A DNA stretch of 64,000 bases from Chloroflexota bacterium (lineage in GTDB: Bacteria; Chloroflexota; Dehalococcoidia; GIF9; UBA5629), in the NCBI GenBank assembly GCA_016865855.1, contig VGNX01000005.1, positions 165 through 64,164 on the forward strand, in the 5' to 3' direction. The notes beneath the pieces are model-generated. The model did no database searches. It was not told the DNA's origin and worked only from the letters and a program-made list of their open reading frames with translations. The stretch's first letter is position 1. The number at the start of each line of letters is the position of its first letter. Shown here one piece after another: positions 27,629 to 35,872 of the stretch. The position numbers were made by a program, and so were the translations under genes.

Positions 27629-28549
27629 TTACCAGTTTACTTTCTCCAGGCCTTTGAGCCCCAAAATCTGCCTGGCCTCATCGGGAGTAGCTGGCTCCAG
27701 TCCCAATTCCCGAGCTATGCGCACTATTTTCTCCACCTGGTCGGCATTGCTCTTGGCCAAGACGCCTTTGCCTGCATACAAGCTATCCTCCATACCGACC
27801 CGTACATTACCACCCATAACCAGAGACATGGTACACATCGGCAACTGATGACGACCAGCAGCACATACTGACCAGACAAAATCGCCGACTGTCTCGCGAG
27901 CGCTGTTATACAAGAACAGCAAATTATTTGGTGATGCCGATATACTACCTAGAATACCCAGGACAAATTGAAGATAAACAGGTTTTTTAAGGTATCCCCT
28001 CTGCAGCATAAAGGCAACATTATTGATCATGCCGGCATCGTATATTTCAAGCTCCGGTTTTGTCTCATTTTCGCTGAAAGCCTGGCTGAATTCGCGCAAT
28101 GTCTTAAAAGTATTAGGGAAAATGAAATCCCAAGTGCTTTCCAAATATGCCTTCTCCCAGGGAAATTTGAACTCTCTAACCGCCTCTGCTATGGGAAACA
28201 GACCGAAATTGATCGAGCCGAAATTAAATGATGCTAGTTCTGGCTTAAAGGTTGTTACTGCTTTCACACGCTCCGCTGTGGTCATACCTACACCACCACC
28301 AGTGCTCAAGCAAAGAACCATATTGCACTTACTCTTTACCTTGGTTACCACCTCCCGGAATAACTCCATGTCAGAACTCGGCTGTCCGGTTTCCGGGTTG
28401 CGCACATGGATATGGGCTACAGCTCCACCAGCTTCATACACTCTTACCGCCTCATCAGCGATCTGCTGAGGCGTTATCGGTAAATACGGAGACATACTGG
28501 GAACATGGATGCTACCAGTAATAGCCGCAGTAACTATAACCTTATCCAT
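27629..28549 (-). CDS. Beta-keto acid cleavage enzyme (BKACE, DUF849), second subfamily
   Basis: TAAITGSIH.PSMSPYLPITP, HIHVR, STGGG, KPELEIYD.GM, GG.VRVGMED. Confidence 0.9.
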   Translation of the reverse strand: MDKVIVTAAITGSIHVPSMSPYLPITPQQIADEAVRVYEAGGAVAHIHVRNPETGQPSSDMELFREVVTKVKSKCNMVLCLSTGGGVGMTTAERVKAVTTFKPELASFNFGSINFGLFPIAEAVREFKFPWEKAYLESTWDFIFPNTFKTLREFSQAFSENETKPELEIYDAGMINNVAFMLQRGYLKKPVYLQFVLGILGSISASPNNLLFLYNSARETVGDFVWSVCAAGRHQLPMCTMSLVMGGNVRVGMEDSLYAGKGVLAKSNADQVEKIVRIARELGLEPATPDEARQILGLKGLEKVNW

Positions 28550-28577
28550 AAATCTCTCCCCCTATCTTAATCCTTAA

Positions 28578-28792
28578 TATCATTGCGAGGAGCAGTTGTG
28601 GGGTATAGCCGAAGCAAACCCGAGACAAGATTCCTCGCTTACGCTCGGAACAAGCTCCGCAATCCCATGATAAGCATTAGATTGCTTCGCGGAGTTTATC
28701 CTGAGTAGATCCTTCGGTCACTTCGCTCTCTCAGGATGACAAAAACGAAGGGCTCCCCCCGAATGACAGAAAGCGAAGGGCTCGCAATGACA
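28578..28792. repeat. Composite nested TGTCATT-type palindromic repeat
   Basis: Ends TATCATTGCGAG / CTCGCAATGACA; three successive ATGACA termini; right half is a close reverse-complement match to 42058-42175. Confidence 0.75.
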
Positions 28793-28810
28793 GAAAAGTG
28801 TGCTGGCAAA

Positions 28811-29605
28811 TCACGCCAGCCACCGCTTCCGCCTCTTGTAGTGCTTCACCTCGCGGTAGCTTCTCCTTTGCCCCACTTTACTCAGCCCCAGGTAAAACTC
28901 CTTTATATCCTCATTGTCTCGTAGCTTCTCAGCCGGCCCATCCATAACCACTCTGCCATTTTCCATCACATAGCCGTAATCAGCTAGTTCTAGTGCTGCC
29001 TTGGCATTTTGCTCTACCAATAAAATGGATGTTTTCTCCTCAGTGTTGATTCTTTTTACTATATCGAAGATTTCTCTCACCAGTATTGGACTTAGTCCCA
29101 GAGACGGCTCATCTAGAAGCATTAGCTTCGGACGCGCCATGAGCCCCCGCCCCATCACCACCATCTGCCTCTCACCCCCGGAAAGGTAACCAGTTGTGGC
29201 ATGGCGAAGGTCTTTAAGCTTCGGGAAATAGTCATAAACCATGTCCAAATCTTTACGTACTGCTGCAGCGTCGCTCCGGGTATATGCACCTACCTTCAAG
29301 TCCTCTTCCACGCTCAGGTGCCCAAACATAGGTCTCCCTTCCATAACCTGGACAATACCTAGCTTGACCACCTCTTCCGGAGGCATTTCGTCTATCCTTT
29401 TCCCGTCGAACTCGATGCTGCCGTCACTAACTTCGCCCTCCTCAGTGTAGAGCAATCCTGAAATTGCCTTTAGCGTGGTTGTTTTGCCGGCACCGTTAGC
29501 ACCAAGCAAGCTCACTATCTTCCCTTCCGGCACTTCCAGAGATACCCCCTTCAGCACCAGTATAACATTGAGATAGATAACTTCAATATTGTTTAACCTT
29601 AACAT
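28811..29605 (-). CDS. livF: Liv-type ABC transporter ATP-binding protein (LivF-like)
   Basis: GANGAGKTT, LSGGERQM, LLDEPSLGL, VEQNA, C-terminal KEFYLG...Y..VKHYKRRKRWL tail typical of ligase-linked Liv cassettes. Confidence 0.88.
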   Translation of the reverse strand: MLRLNNIEVIYLNVILVLKGVSLEVPEGKIVSLLGANGAGKTTTLKAISGLLYTEEGEVSDGSIEFDGKRIDEMPPEEVVKLGIVQVMEGRPMFGHLSVEEDLKVGAYTRSDAAAVRKDLDMVYDYFPKLKDLRHATTGYLSGGERQMVVMGRGLMARPKLMLLDEPSLGLSPILVREIFDIVKRINTEEKTSILLVEQNAKAALELADYGYVMENGRVVMDGPAEKLRDNEDIKEFYLGLSKVGQRRSYREVKHYKRRKRWLA

Positions 29606-29760
29606 GCTGTACCCCTTTTTATTATCGCTTCTATATCAAGACAGGTTGTACCCTGTTGTTAGTATATCTCTCGATCATGCCATCACATCATTAACCGTTT
29701 TTATGCCTGTCAGCCCCCCATCAATCTTCGTGAAACAGCCATAACAATTTATTGTCCGAT

Positions 29761-29855
29761 GTAGTGCGACCCTTTAGGGTCAAATTCAGCGACACCACAC
29801 ATGTAGCCTCGACCCTTTAGGGTCGAGTTCAGCAAGGCTAAAGCCTCGCAGCTAC
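29761..29855. repeat. Free-standing GTAG-type REP cluster
   Basis: GTAGTGCGACCCTTTAGGGTC and GTAGCCTCGACCCTTTAGGGTCGAG...AGGCTAAAGCCT...CTAC; same hairpins as inside the MITE but no TIRs. Confidence 0.75.
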
Positions 29856-29900
29856 ACTAGTAGACACTCCCATCTACGCAAAATGCTGTATGTTCGCGGT

Positions 29901-29941
29901 GAAAAGGAGAAACCTCACCCTTCGGAAAGGCTTCTCCTTTC
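29901..29941 (-). terminator. Hairpin downstream of the Pro-rich lipoprotein gene
   Basis: AAAGGAGAA..TTCTCCTTT stem. Confidence 0.4.
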
Positions 29942-29980
29942 GTTACCACTGCGTAACTATTAACCCTTTATAAGCCCGTC

Positions 29981-31060
29981 CTACTTCTTTAATTCCAAAG
30001 TATGGACTATCTCCGAAAACAGGGCTTCTTTGTACGGGGCAAGCAGTTCAACGGTACCGACCGCGACCATGACCCACTTATTATCCTTCTTCACACCTAG
30101 TCCAAAACCTTTGCCATCAAACCCCTTCAGTTTCACCGCAAATACTGCCGTAGAAGCTTTAGTGCCGTCCGCTAATGCCGACTCCTTCTCGGAGACAATC
30201 TTGAATTCTGTGCCACCTGCTGCCTCCAGCGATTTTTTGAGTACCTCAGCAAAGGTGGCAGCCTCCTCAGCGTCAACAAACAGAACAGGAACCATAGCCG
30301 GTGATGCAGCATAGAACACCAGAGTTTCAGACGGTTGCTTTGCCCAATCCTTAGGGTATTTGACAGAGAAGCCATATTCGGCATTGGCATATTCAGCAGC
30401 CTCAAACGTGAGCTTGCCTGGCTCGGCTGGCTTCTCTGCAGGCGGCGCCGGTGGTGGCGCTGGCGGTGCCACCAGCTCTAGCACCCACGTTGTGGTGGCA
30501 ACGGCGCGGGGATCCTCACCCGCAGCCCTTAAAGTATAGGTGCCATTCGGCAATGGGTTTCCCGGAATCAGCGTTTTGGGGTCTGGTGCAATTGACGGCG
30601 TAAATCCACCACGCAATAGGAAGCCTATGGTTGCCGTCCTTTCTAGCTTCGCTTCAAAGTTGCCCTCGGCATCAGAGGTGGCGAAGGCAATGCCAACAGC
30701 ATCCTCGCCGCGCTCACGGTCAAGCCCTTTAATTTCAACATCGGGAGGCACAACCAGTTCCACGGTGATTACCTCGTTAGGCTGCCAGCCAGTTCCTGTA
30801 AATTTGACAGGTACAGCCAGCATAGCTAAGTGAGGCACCGTTGCTGACATAGCCTCAGGAAGACCCAGAGCTTTGGCAATCGGCGGGAAGTACTTCTTCA
30901 ACATTTCGAAGTCAATCTTCGCCGGCTCCACGGTTAGTGTCCCTGCCGGAGGCGGTGGCGGCGGTGGTGGCGGCGCCTTAGGGGCACAGCCGACTACCGG
31001 CAACACCAAAAGTGTCACCATCGCTACGATAATGAGCTTCTCAAAAATGGATGATTTCAT
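29981..31060 (-). CDS. Uncharacterised lipoprotein: poly-Pro linker, Ig-like domain, Pro/Ala linker, PsbP-like C-terminal domain
   Basis: Lipobox VVGC; 9 consecutive Pro; FTGTGW.P.E.ITV..SDA.GNF..GTYTL.A beta-sandwich pattern; C-terminal ~140 aa closely match the C-terminus of 44193..46016. Confidence 0.75.
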   Translation of the reverse strand: MKSSIFEKLIIVAMVTLLVLPVVGCAPKAPPPPPPPPPAGTLTVEPAKIDFEMLKKYFPPIAKALGLPEAMSATVPHLAMLAVPVKFTGTGWQPNEVITVELVVPPDVEIKGLDRERGEDAVGIAFATSDAEGNFEAKLERTATIGFLLRGGFTPSIAPDPKTLIPGNPLPNGTYTLRAAGEDPRAVATTTWVLELVAPPAPPPAPPAEKPAEPGKLTFEAAEYANAEYGFSVKYPKDWAKQPSETLVFYAASPAMVPVLFVDAEEAATFAEVLKKSLEAAGGTEFKIVSEKESALADGTKASTAVFAVKLKGFDGKGFGLGVKKDNKWVMVAVGTVELLAPYKEALFSEIVHTLELKK

Positions 31061-31088
31061 CCTCTACCTCCTTTCATTTTATTTATTT

Positions 31089-32348
31089 CTATTTGCTCCA
31101 ATCATACAAAGCTACACAATCGGGGACTTTTCTCCAGCCACTAATAGGCACCTCTTTGCCATTCTTCACCTGGTAAAACTTGGTTTGATCGACACTTTGG
31201 CGGCTAGTAGGGCTGTATGCAATTGGCCCTGTTAGACCATTCCCTAAATCCATGCCAGTAATTGCCTCCATACCTGCTTTCATAGCTTCACCATCCAGCT
31301 TATCATAGCCAACATTTTTGAGGGCTATCTCCAAAGCTTTTGCGAAGGTAAGTGGCCGTGTCAGACCAGCAACATAGATTGCTGCTGTCGCTTTACGGAA
31401 CTCATCAACGCTTTTGCCATGATACTTCGGCACCATACGGACAGCCAGAGGATGTGACCAGGCTTCGTCACCACGGAGATAATAAGAATTCAGCCAGCAC
31501 CCTTCTGTAGCCTCAGGATGCAGCTTGATGCCGACTGCCTCGGTGGGCCCCCAGTAACTGGTATCAATAAACTGAATCTTCTTGGTCAGACCTAGCTTAT
31601 AGGCATCCCGTAAGACGTTGCTCGGTGTCGGGTCAACGCCGGCGATAAGGATATAATCGGCATCACCCGCAGCCAGCCGTTGTAGCCAGACGGTATGTTC
31701 AGGAGCGCCTGTGGGGAAAAACTCCGGCGGCAGCAACTTCACACCCAACTTCTCCACATATTCTTTGCCGCCACGCAGCAGCTCCCGGCCATAAGGATTG
31801 TCCCAGTTTATGTAGCCGACGGTAGGCATACCCGACTTTCCCTTAGCCTTCCAGTCTTCCAAAAGAAAATCGATGCTAGCTCCAAAGGCATTCTGATAAG
31901 CAGCGCCTATGATGAATACCCAACCGAGACGAGCTTGAGGTTCACCATCACCTGTCACATTCTGCACCACTTTGTCTCTCGCAGTCATAGGCGTGATAGC
32001 TTTGCTAAGCGCTGTACTGATAGCCACCACCGTCATGAGTTTGGGCTCAGTCCGGTATCTCTTATAAGCTGAGACGCCACGGGCGACATCGTAGCGAGTG
32101 TCAATGCTGATATAACTTATCTTCACTCCATCAACACCACCCTTGGCGTTTATCTCCTTGAACATGTCCTCGGCAGCCATTGCGGCCGGCACATTGAGTC
32201 CAGCTATCGGCCCAGTGTAATCCGCCAGGTCTAAGAAGGTGACTATCTTTTCTTTTGGTGGTGCCGCAGGGGCACAGCCAACTACCGGCAGCACTAAAAG
32301 CGCCACCAAAACTACAATAACTATCCCCTCTAACCGAAGCAATCTCAC
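31089..32348 (-). CDS. Liv-type ABC substrate-binding lipoprotein (paralog 2)
   Basis: GTG start after GGAGG; lipobox VVGC; D.TGP.A, IN..GGVDG, DTRYD..R; start moved from 32387. Confidence 0.88.
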   Translation of the reverse strand: MRLLRLEGIVIVVLVALLVLPVVGCAPAAPPKEKIVTFLDLADYTGPIAGLNVPAAMAAEDMFKEINAKGGVDGVKISYISIDTRYDVARGVSAYKRYRTEPKLMTVVAISTALSKAITPMTARDKVVQNVTGDGEPQARLGWVFIIGAAYQNAFGASIDFLLEDWKAKGKSGMPTVGYINWDNPYGRELLRGGKEYVEKLGVKLLPPEFFPTGAPEHTVWLQRLAAGDADYILIAGVDPTPSNVLRDAYKLGLTKKIQFIDTSYWGPTEAVGIKLHPEATEGCWLNSYYLRGDEAWSHPLAVRMVPKYHGKSVDEFRKATAAIYVAGLTRPLTFAKALEIALKNVGYDKLDGEAMKAGMEAITGMDLGNGLTGPIAYSPTSRQSVDQTKFYQVKNGKEVPISGWRKVPDCVALYDWSK

Positions 32349-32374
32349 CACACACCTCCCTATGTCTCTTCCTA

Positions 32375-33643
32375 CTATTTGCTCCAATCATACAGGGCTA
32401 CGCAATCGGGTACCTTCCTGAAGCCACTGATAGATACCTCTTTGCCACCCTTCACGGCGTAGAACTTGGTCACATCGGTACCCTGGCGGTTGGTAGGAGT
32501 ATAGGTGCAGGGTCCTACTAGACCCTGGCCCAGGTCCAGACCTGTTAGTGACTCGTAAGCCGTTTTCATAGCCTCGCCGTCAAGCTTCTCATAACCAACA
32601 GCCTTAAGAGCTCTCTTGGCGCCCTCCTGATAAACAAGCGCCCACACCATGCCAGTTACATAGTTCGACGGTGCATTCTTGCGGTATTCAGCAACGCTCA
32701 TCCCGCGATATTTCGGCACCATGTAAGCAGACAGCGGATGATTCCAGCATTCATCACCACGGAGATAGTAGCTGTTCATCCAGCAGCCTTCGGTAGCTTC
32801 AGGATGAAGCTTAATGCCGACTGCCTCGGTAGGACCCCAGAAAGTAGAGTCAAGAAACTGAATTTTGTCCTTCAGCCCTAGCTTCATGGCATCACGCATA
32901 ATGTTGCTCGGCGTCGGGTCAACGCCGCCTATCATGATATAATTGGCACCACCCGCAGCAAGCCGTTGTAGCCAGACGGAGTGGTCGGGCGCGCCAGTGG
33001 GGAAGAACTCCGGCGGCAGCAACTGCACACCCAACTTCTCGGCATATTCTTTGCCGCCGCGCAGCGGCTCCCGGCCATAAGCGCTGTCCCAGCTCATGTA
33101 ACCGATGATGGGCGACCCTGTCTTACCCTTAGCTTTCCAGTCTTCCAGGATGAAGTCAATGCTGGCCCCGAAGGCATTCTGGTAGCAGACTCCCCAGGGG
33201 AATACCCAACCTATGAAAGCCTGAGCCTCACCGTCACCCGGGGCCAGCTGAACTACCTTATCTTTCATAGTCATCGGAAAGATAGCTTTGCCAAACGGTG
33301 TGCTGATAGCATTCACCACCAGAAGCTTGGGCTCGGTTCGGTATCTCTTATAAGCTGATACACCGCGGGCGGTATCATAGCGGGTGTCGACGAAAATGGC
33401 GTTCACCTTCACCCCATCAACACCACCCTTGGAGTTTATCTCCTTGAACATGTCCTCGCAGCCGGTATCAGCCGGAACATTAAGCCCAGCTATCGGTCCA
33501 GTATAATCGCCCAGACTCAGATAGCTGATTACCTTTTCTTTTGGTGCTGCTTTAGGAGCACATGCTGAGATTGCTGGTAACGCCAGCAATACTGATAGTA
33601 AAATAGCACCGAACAATAAATACTTTCCTTTGCTCATTTTCAA
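32375..33643 (-). CDS. Liv-type ABC substrate-binding lipoprotein (paralog 1)
   Basis: Lipobox ISAC; same motifs and the identical C-terminus VPDCVALYDWSK as its neighbour. Confidence 0.88.
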   Translation of the reverse strand: MKMSKGKYLLFGAILLSVLLALPAISACAPKAAPKEKVISYLSLGDYTGPIAGLNVPADTGCEDMFKEINSKGGVDGVKVNAIFVDTRYDTARGVSAYKRYRTEPKLLVVNAISTPFGKAIFPMTMKDKVVQLAPGDGEAQAFIGWVFPWGVCYQNAFGASIDFILEDWKAKGKTGSPIIGYMSWDSAYGREPLRGGKEYAEKLGVQLLPPEFFPTGAPDHSVWLQRLAAGGANYIMIGGVDPTPSNIMRDAMKLGLKDKIQFLDSTFWGPTEAVGIKLHPEATEGCWMNSYYLRGDECWNHPLSAYMVPKYRGMSVAEYRKNAPSNYVTGMVWALVYQEGAKRALKAVGYEKLDGEAMKTAYESLTGLDLGQGLVGPCTYTPTNRQGTDVTKFYAVKGGKEVSISGFRKVPDCVALYDWSK

Positions 33644-33733
33644 CCTTTCACCTCCTTTAAATAGTTCCCCGTTTTCTAGTTTTTTTCACACCTTGCCCAT
33701 TATCACCTCCTCTATAAATTACTACCACCTTAG

Positions 33734-33885
33734 AGGCTGTCCGAAAACTCTAACTGTCAATCTGTCTCTCCCACTTTGTAGGAAAAATTATAACTCATTG
33801 GTGATACACATTAAACATGTAGCCCCGAGGCTTTAGCCTCGGGAGCCCGACCCTAAAGGGTCGGGACTACATTTTCGGACAGCTA
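33734..33885. mobile_element. ~152-bp MITE copy B (inverted relative to copy A)
   Basis: AGGCTGTCCGAAAA ... GTAGCCCCGAGGCTTTAGCCTCGGGAGCCCGACCCTAAAGGGTCGGGACTAC ... TTTTCGGACAGCT. Confidence 0.8.
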
Positions 33886-33912
33886 CCTTAACTAACATTA
33901 GCACACTGTACA

Positions 33913-34959
33913 TCAATAAGCAAACGGGAAAAGCCTGTAGGAAGCCTTGAAGATATTCCATCGGTGGGCCAATCCCCTGGGTTCGTAAATCAAAAAGAGG
34001 ACAATTATAACGCCGAAAGCGCTGGCACCTAATGCCGCTGCCGGCGCAATGCCCATAGCTGGGAACCATCCAGTTAACGTCGGTGAGGCGAAGATAACCG
34101 CTTCAATTAGCAGGCTGATGAAAACGGTGCCGAAGAAGACCCCAGTTATAGTGCCTAGACCGCCGACAATGAGCATGCCGATGAAGAAAACGGCATCAGC
34201 CAGCGGGAACTGCTCCACGTGGACAAACATCATCCAATGGGCAAACAACGAGCCGGCAATGCCGGCAAAAAAGCAGCCGATGAAGAAGCCAAGCAGCTTG
34301 TAATAGAACAGGTTAATCCCCATCACCGCCGCCGCCAGGTCATTGTCTCTGACAGCCACAAAAGCTCTGCCTATTCTAGACCTGGCTAGATTCTTGGCGA
34401 AATAGGTCATTAATAACATCACCGGCACGATGATATAATACATCGTTTCATCGGTGTCGAATGCAAAACTACCGATCGTGGGCGCAGCCGCATGTAAACC
34501 AACAACCCCGCCGGTGATTTTTAGATGCAGTATCAGCCAGGCGACAATGTAGTGAATAGCTAAGGTGGCTAAAGCTAGATAGAAACCTTTAATCCTCAGG
34601 GCCGGGGTACCGCCGACAATGCCAAATACCCCAGCAACTATGCCCGAGACCGGCAACGCCAGCCAGAACGGCCAACCGTAAGTGCTACTGAGAATAGCTG
34701 AAGTGAAAGCGCCTATTGCCATGAACGCCACCTGACCAAATGAGATCAGCCCACAATAACCCATCATCAGCTGTAAGCCCATCACGGCAATTATGGTAAT
34801 GGCCATCTTGTTGATTAAGCCTATGAAATAATGGGCACCATAAAGTGGAAAAGTGAATAGTACTACAAGAGCTAGTATGGTAATAATCCATTGCAGCCTC
34901 GTCCTGATGACCGCCGTATCTCTGCCGTAATCTTGGTTGAAAGTACCACAGGGAAGCAT
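33913..34959 (-). CDS. livM: Liv-type ABC permease (LivM-like)
   Basis: G..GLISFGQ.AF..IGA, LRIKGFYLA.ATLA, SR.GRAF.AVRDND.AA..MGI, EPRGL. Confidence 0.88.
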   Translation of the reverse strand: MLPCGTFNQDYGRDTAVIRTRLQWIITILALVVLFTFPLYGAHYFIGLINKMAITIIAVMGLQLMMGYCGLISFGQVAFMAIGAFTSAILSSTYGWPFWLALPVSGIVAGVFGIVGGTPALRIKGFYLALATLAIHYIVAWLILHLKITGGVVGLHAAAPTIGSFAFDTDETMYYIIVPVMLLMTYFAKNLARSRIGRAFVAVRDNDLAAAVMGINLFYYKLLGFFIGCFFAGIAGSLFAHWMMFVHVEQFPLADAVFFIGMLIVGGLGTITGVFFGTVFISLLIEAVIFASPTLTGWFPAMGIAPAAALGASAFGVIIVLFLIYEPRGLAHRWNIFKASYRLFPFAY

Positions 34960-34960
34960 G

Positions 34961-35845
34961 TCACACCCTCTCTATTCTGACTAAGCCGAAGATTCCGTAG
35001 GGTCTAACTAAGAGAATGAGGAGAAGCAGGATATAACCGGCTACCTCCATGATTCCTCCACCAACATACGGGTCTAAATAGCCAGCAGCCACATTTTCCA
35101 CCAAACCGAGTATAAGTCCACCGACGAGTGCACCAGGCAAAGAGTCCAATCCACCTACCATGGCTACAACTAACCCTTTAAAGGCTACCATAGTCAACAT
35201 AAAGCGTATATCGTAATACCTTGCCAGCATAACGCCGGCGACAACGGCTACCACCGCTGACAGAATCCAGACGAGGGAGAAAATCGTCCTGACATTAATG
35301 CCGGCACCCTGGGCTAGCTTATGGGATTCTGCCGTAGCTCGCATTCCAAGACCAACCTTGGTATACTTAAACAAGAGCACAGTCAACACGAACACCAGCA
35401 GGCAGATGCCGAGACTGGACAAACCACCTAAAGACACCCTGGCCCCAGCAATGGTTATATTCCCGGCAGGCAAAAAGTCAGGAAATCCCCAGGCTTGCCC
35501 CTTTAGGATAAGTGCGAAAATCCCATCAAGAACCATAAATACGGCAAAGGTCATAAGGAAACCAGAGAACAATGGTTGGCCAATTAGGGGCCGCAGGCAA
35601 AGGCGCTCAACCGCAAATCCGAGGACAGCACCGCAGGCCAGTCCTAGTAGTCCGGCCGCCCAAAGAGGCCATCCCAATAGCACATAGCCAGCATAGAAAA
35701 ACAAAGCTCCGAAGGCCAGCAACTGCCCATGGGCTAGACTTACCACCTCCGTGGCTTTGCAGACGAGAACTATAGCCAGCGCTACCAGAGCGTAAAGCCC
35801 CCCGATAAGCAGCCCGTTGACACTCAGCTCCAGAAAAAACTGCAC
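34961..35845 (-). CDS. livH: Liv-type ABC permease (LivH-like)
   Basis: NGL..G.LYAL.AL, T..GL.MRATA.....A...GI, GGL.S..GA.VGG...G, RPYG.FG. Confidence 0.88.
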   Translation of the reverse strand: MQFFLELSVNGLLIGGLYALVALAIVLVCKATEVVSLAHGQLLAFGALFFYAGYVLLGWPLWAAGLLGLACGAVLGFAVERLCLRPLIGQPLFSGFLMTFAVFMVLDGIFALILKGQAWGFPDFLPAGNITIAGARVSLGGLSSLGICLLVFVLTVLLFKYTKVGLGMRATAESHKLAQGAGINVRTIFSLVWILSAVVAVVAGVMLARYYDIRFMLTMVAFKGLVVAMVGGLDSLPGALVGGLILGLVENVAAGYLDPYVGGGIMEVAGYILLLLILLVRPYGIFGLVRIERV

Positions 35846-35872
35846 TTTTTCCTCCTTAACCGTACCCTGCTT

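Noticed and set aside
28736-28924. 62-aa ORF starting in the repeat (also 27554..27871 and 33833..34069)
   Set aside because: These begin or end within repeat/MITE sequence and overlap real genes; no coding signal
27420-29855. Repeated palindromes as a CRISPR array
   Set aside because: No regularly spaced identical repeats with unique spacers and no cas genes; these are dispersed REP/MITE-type repeats
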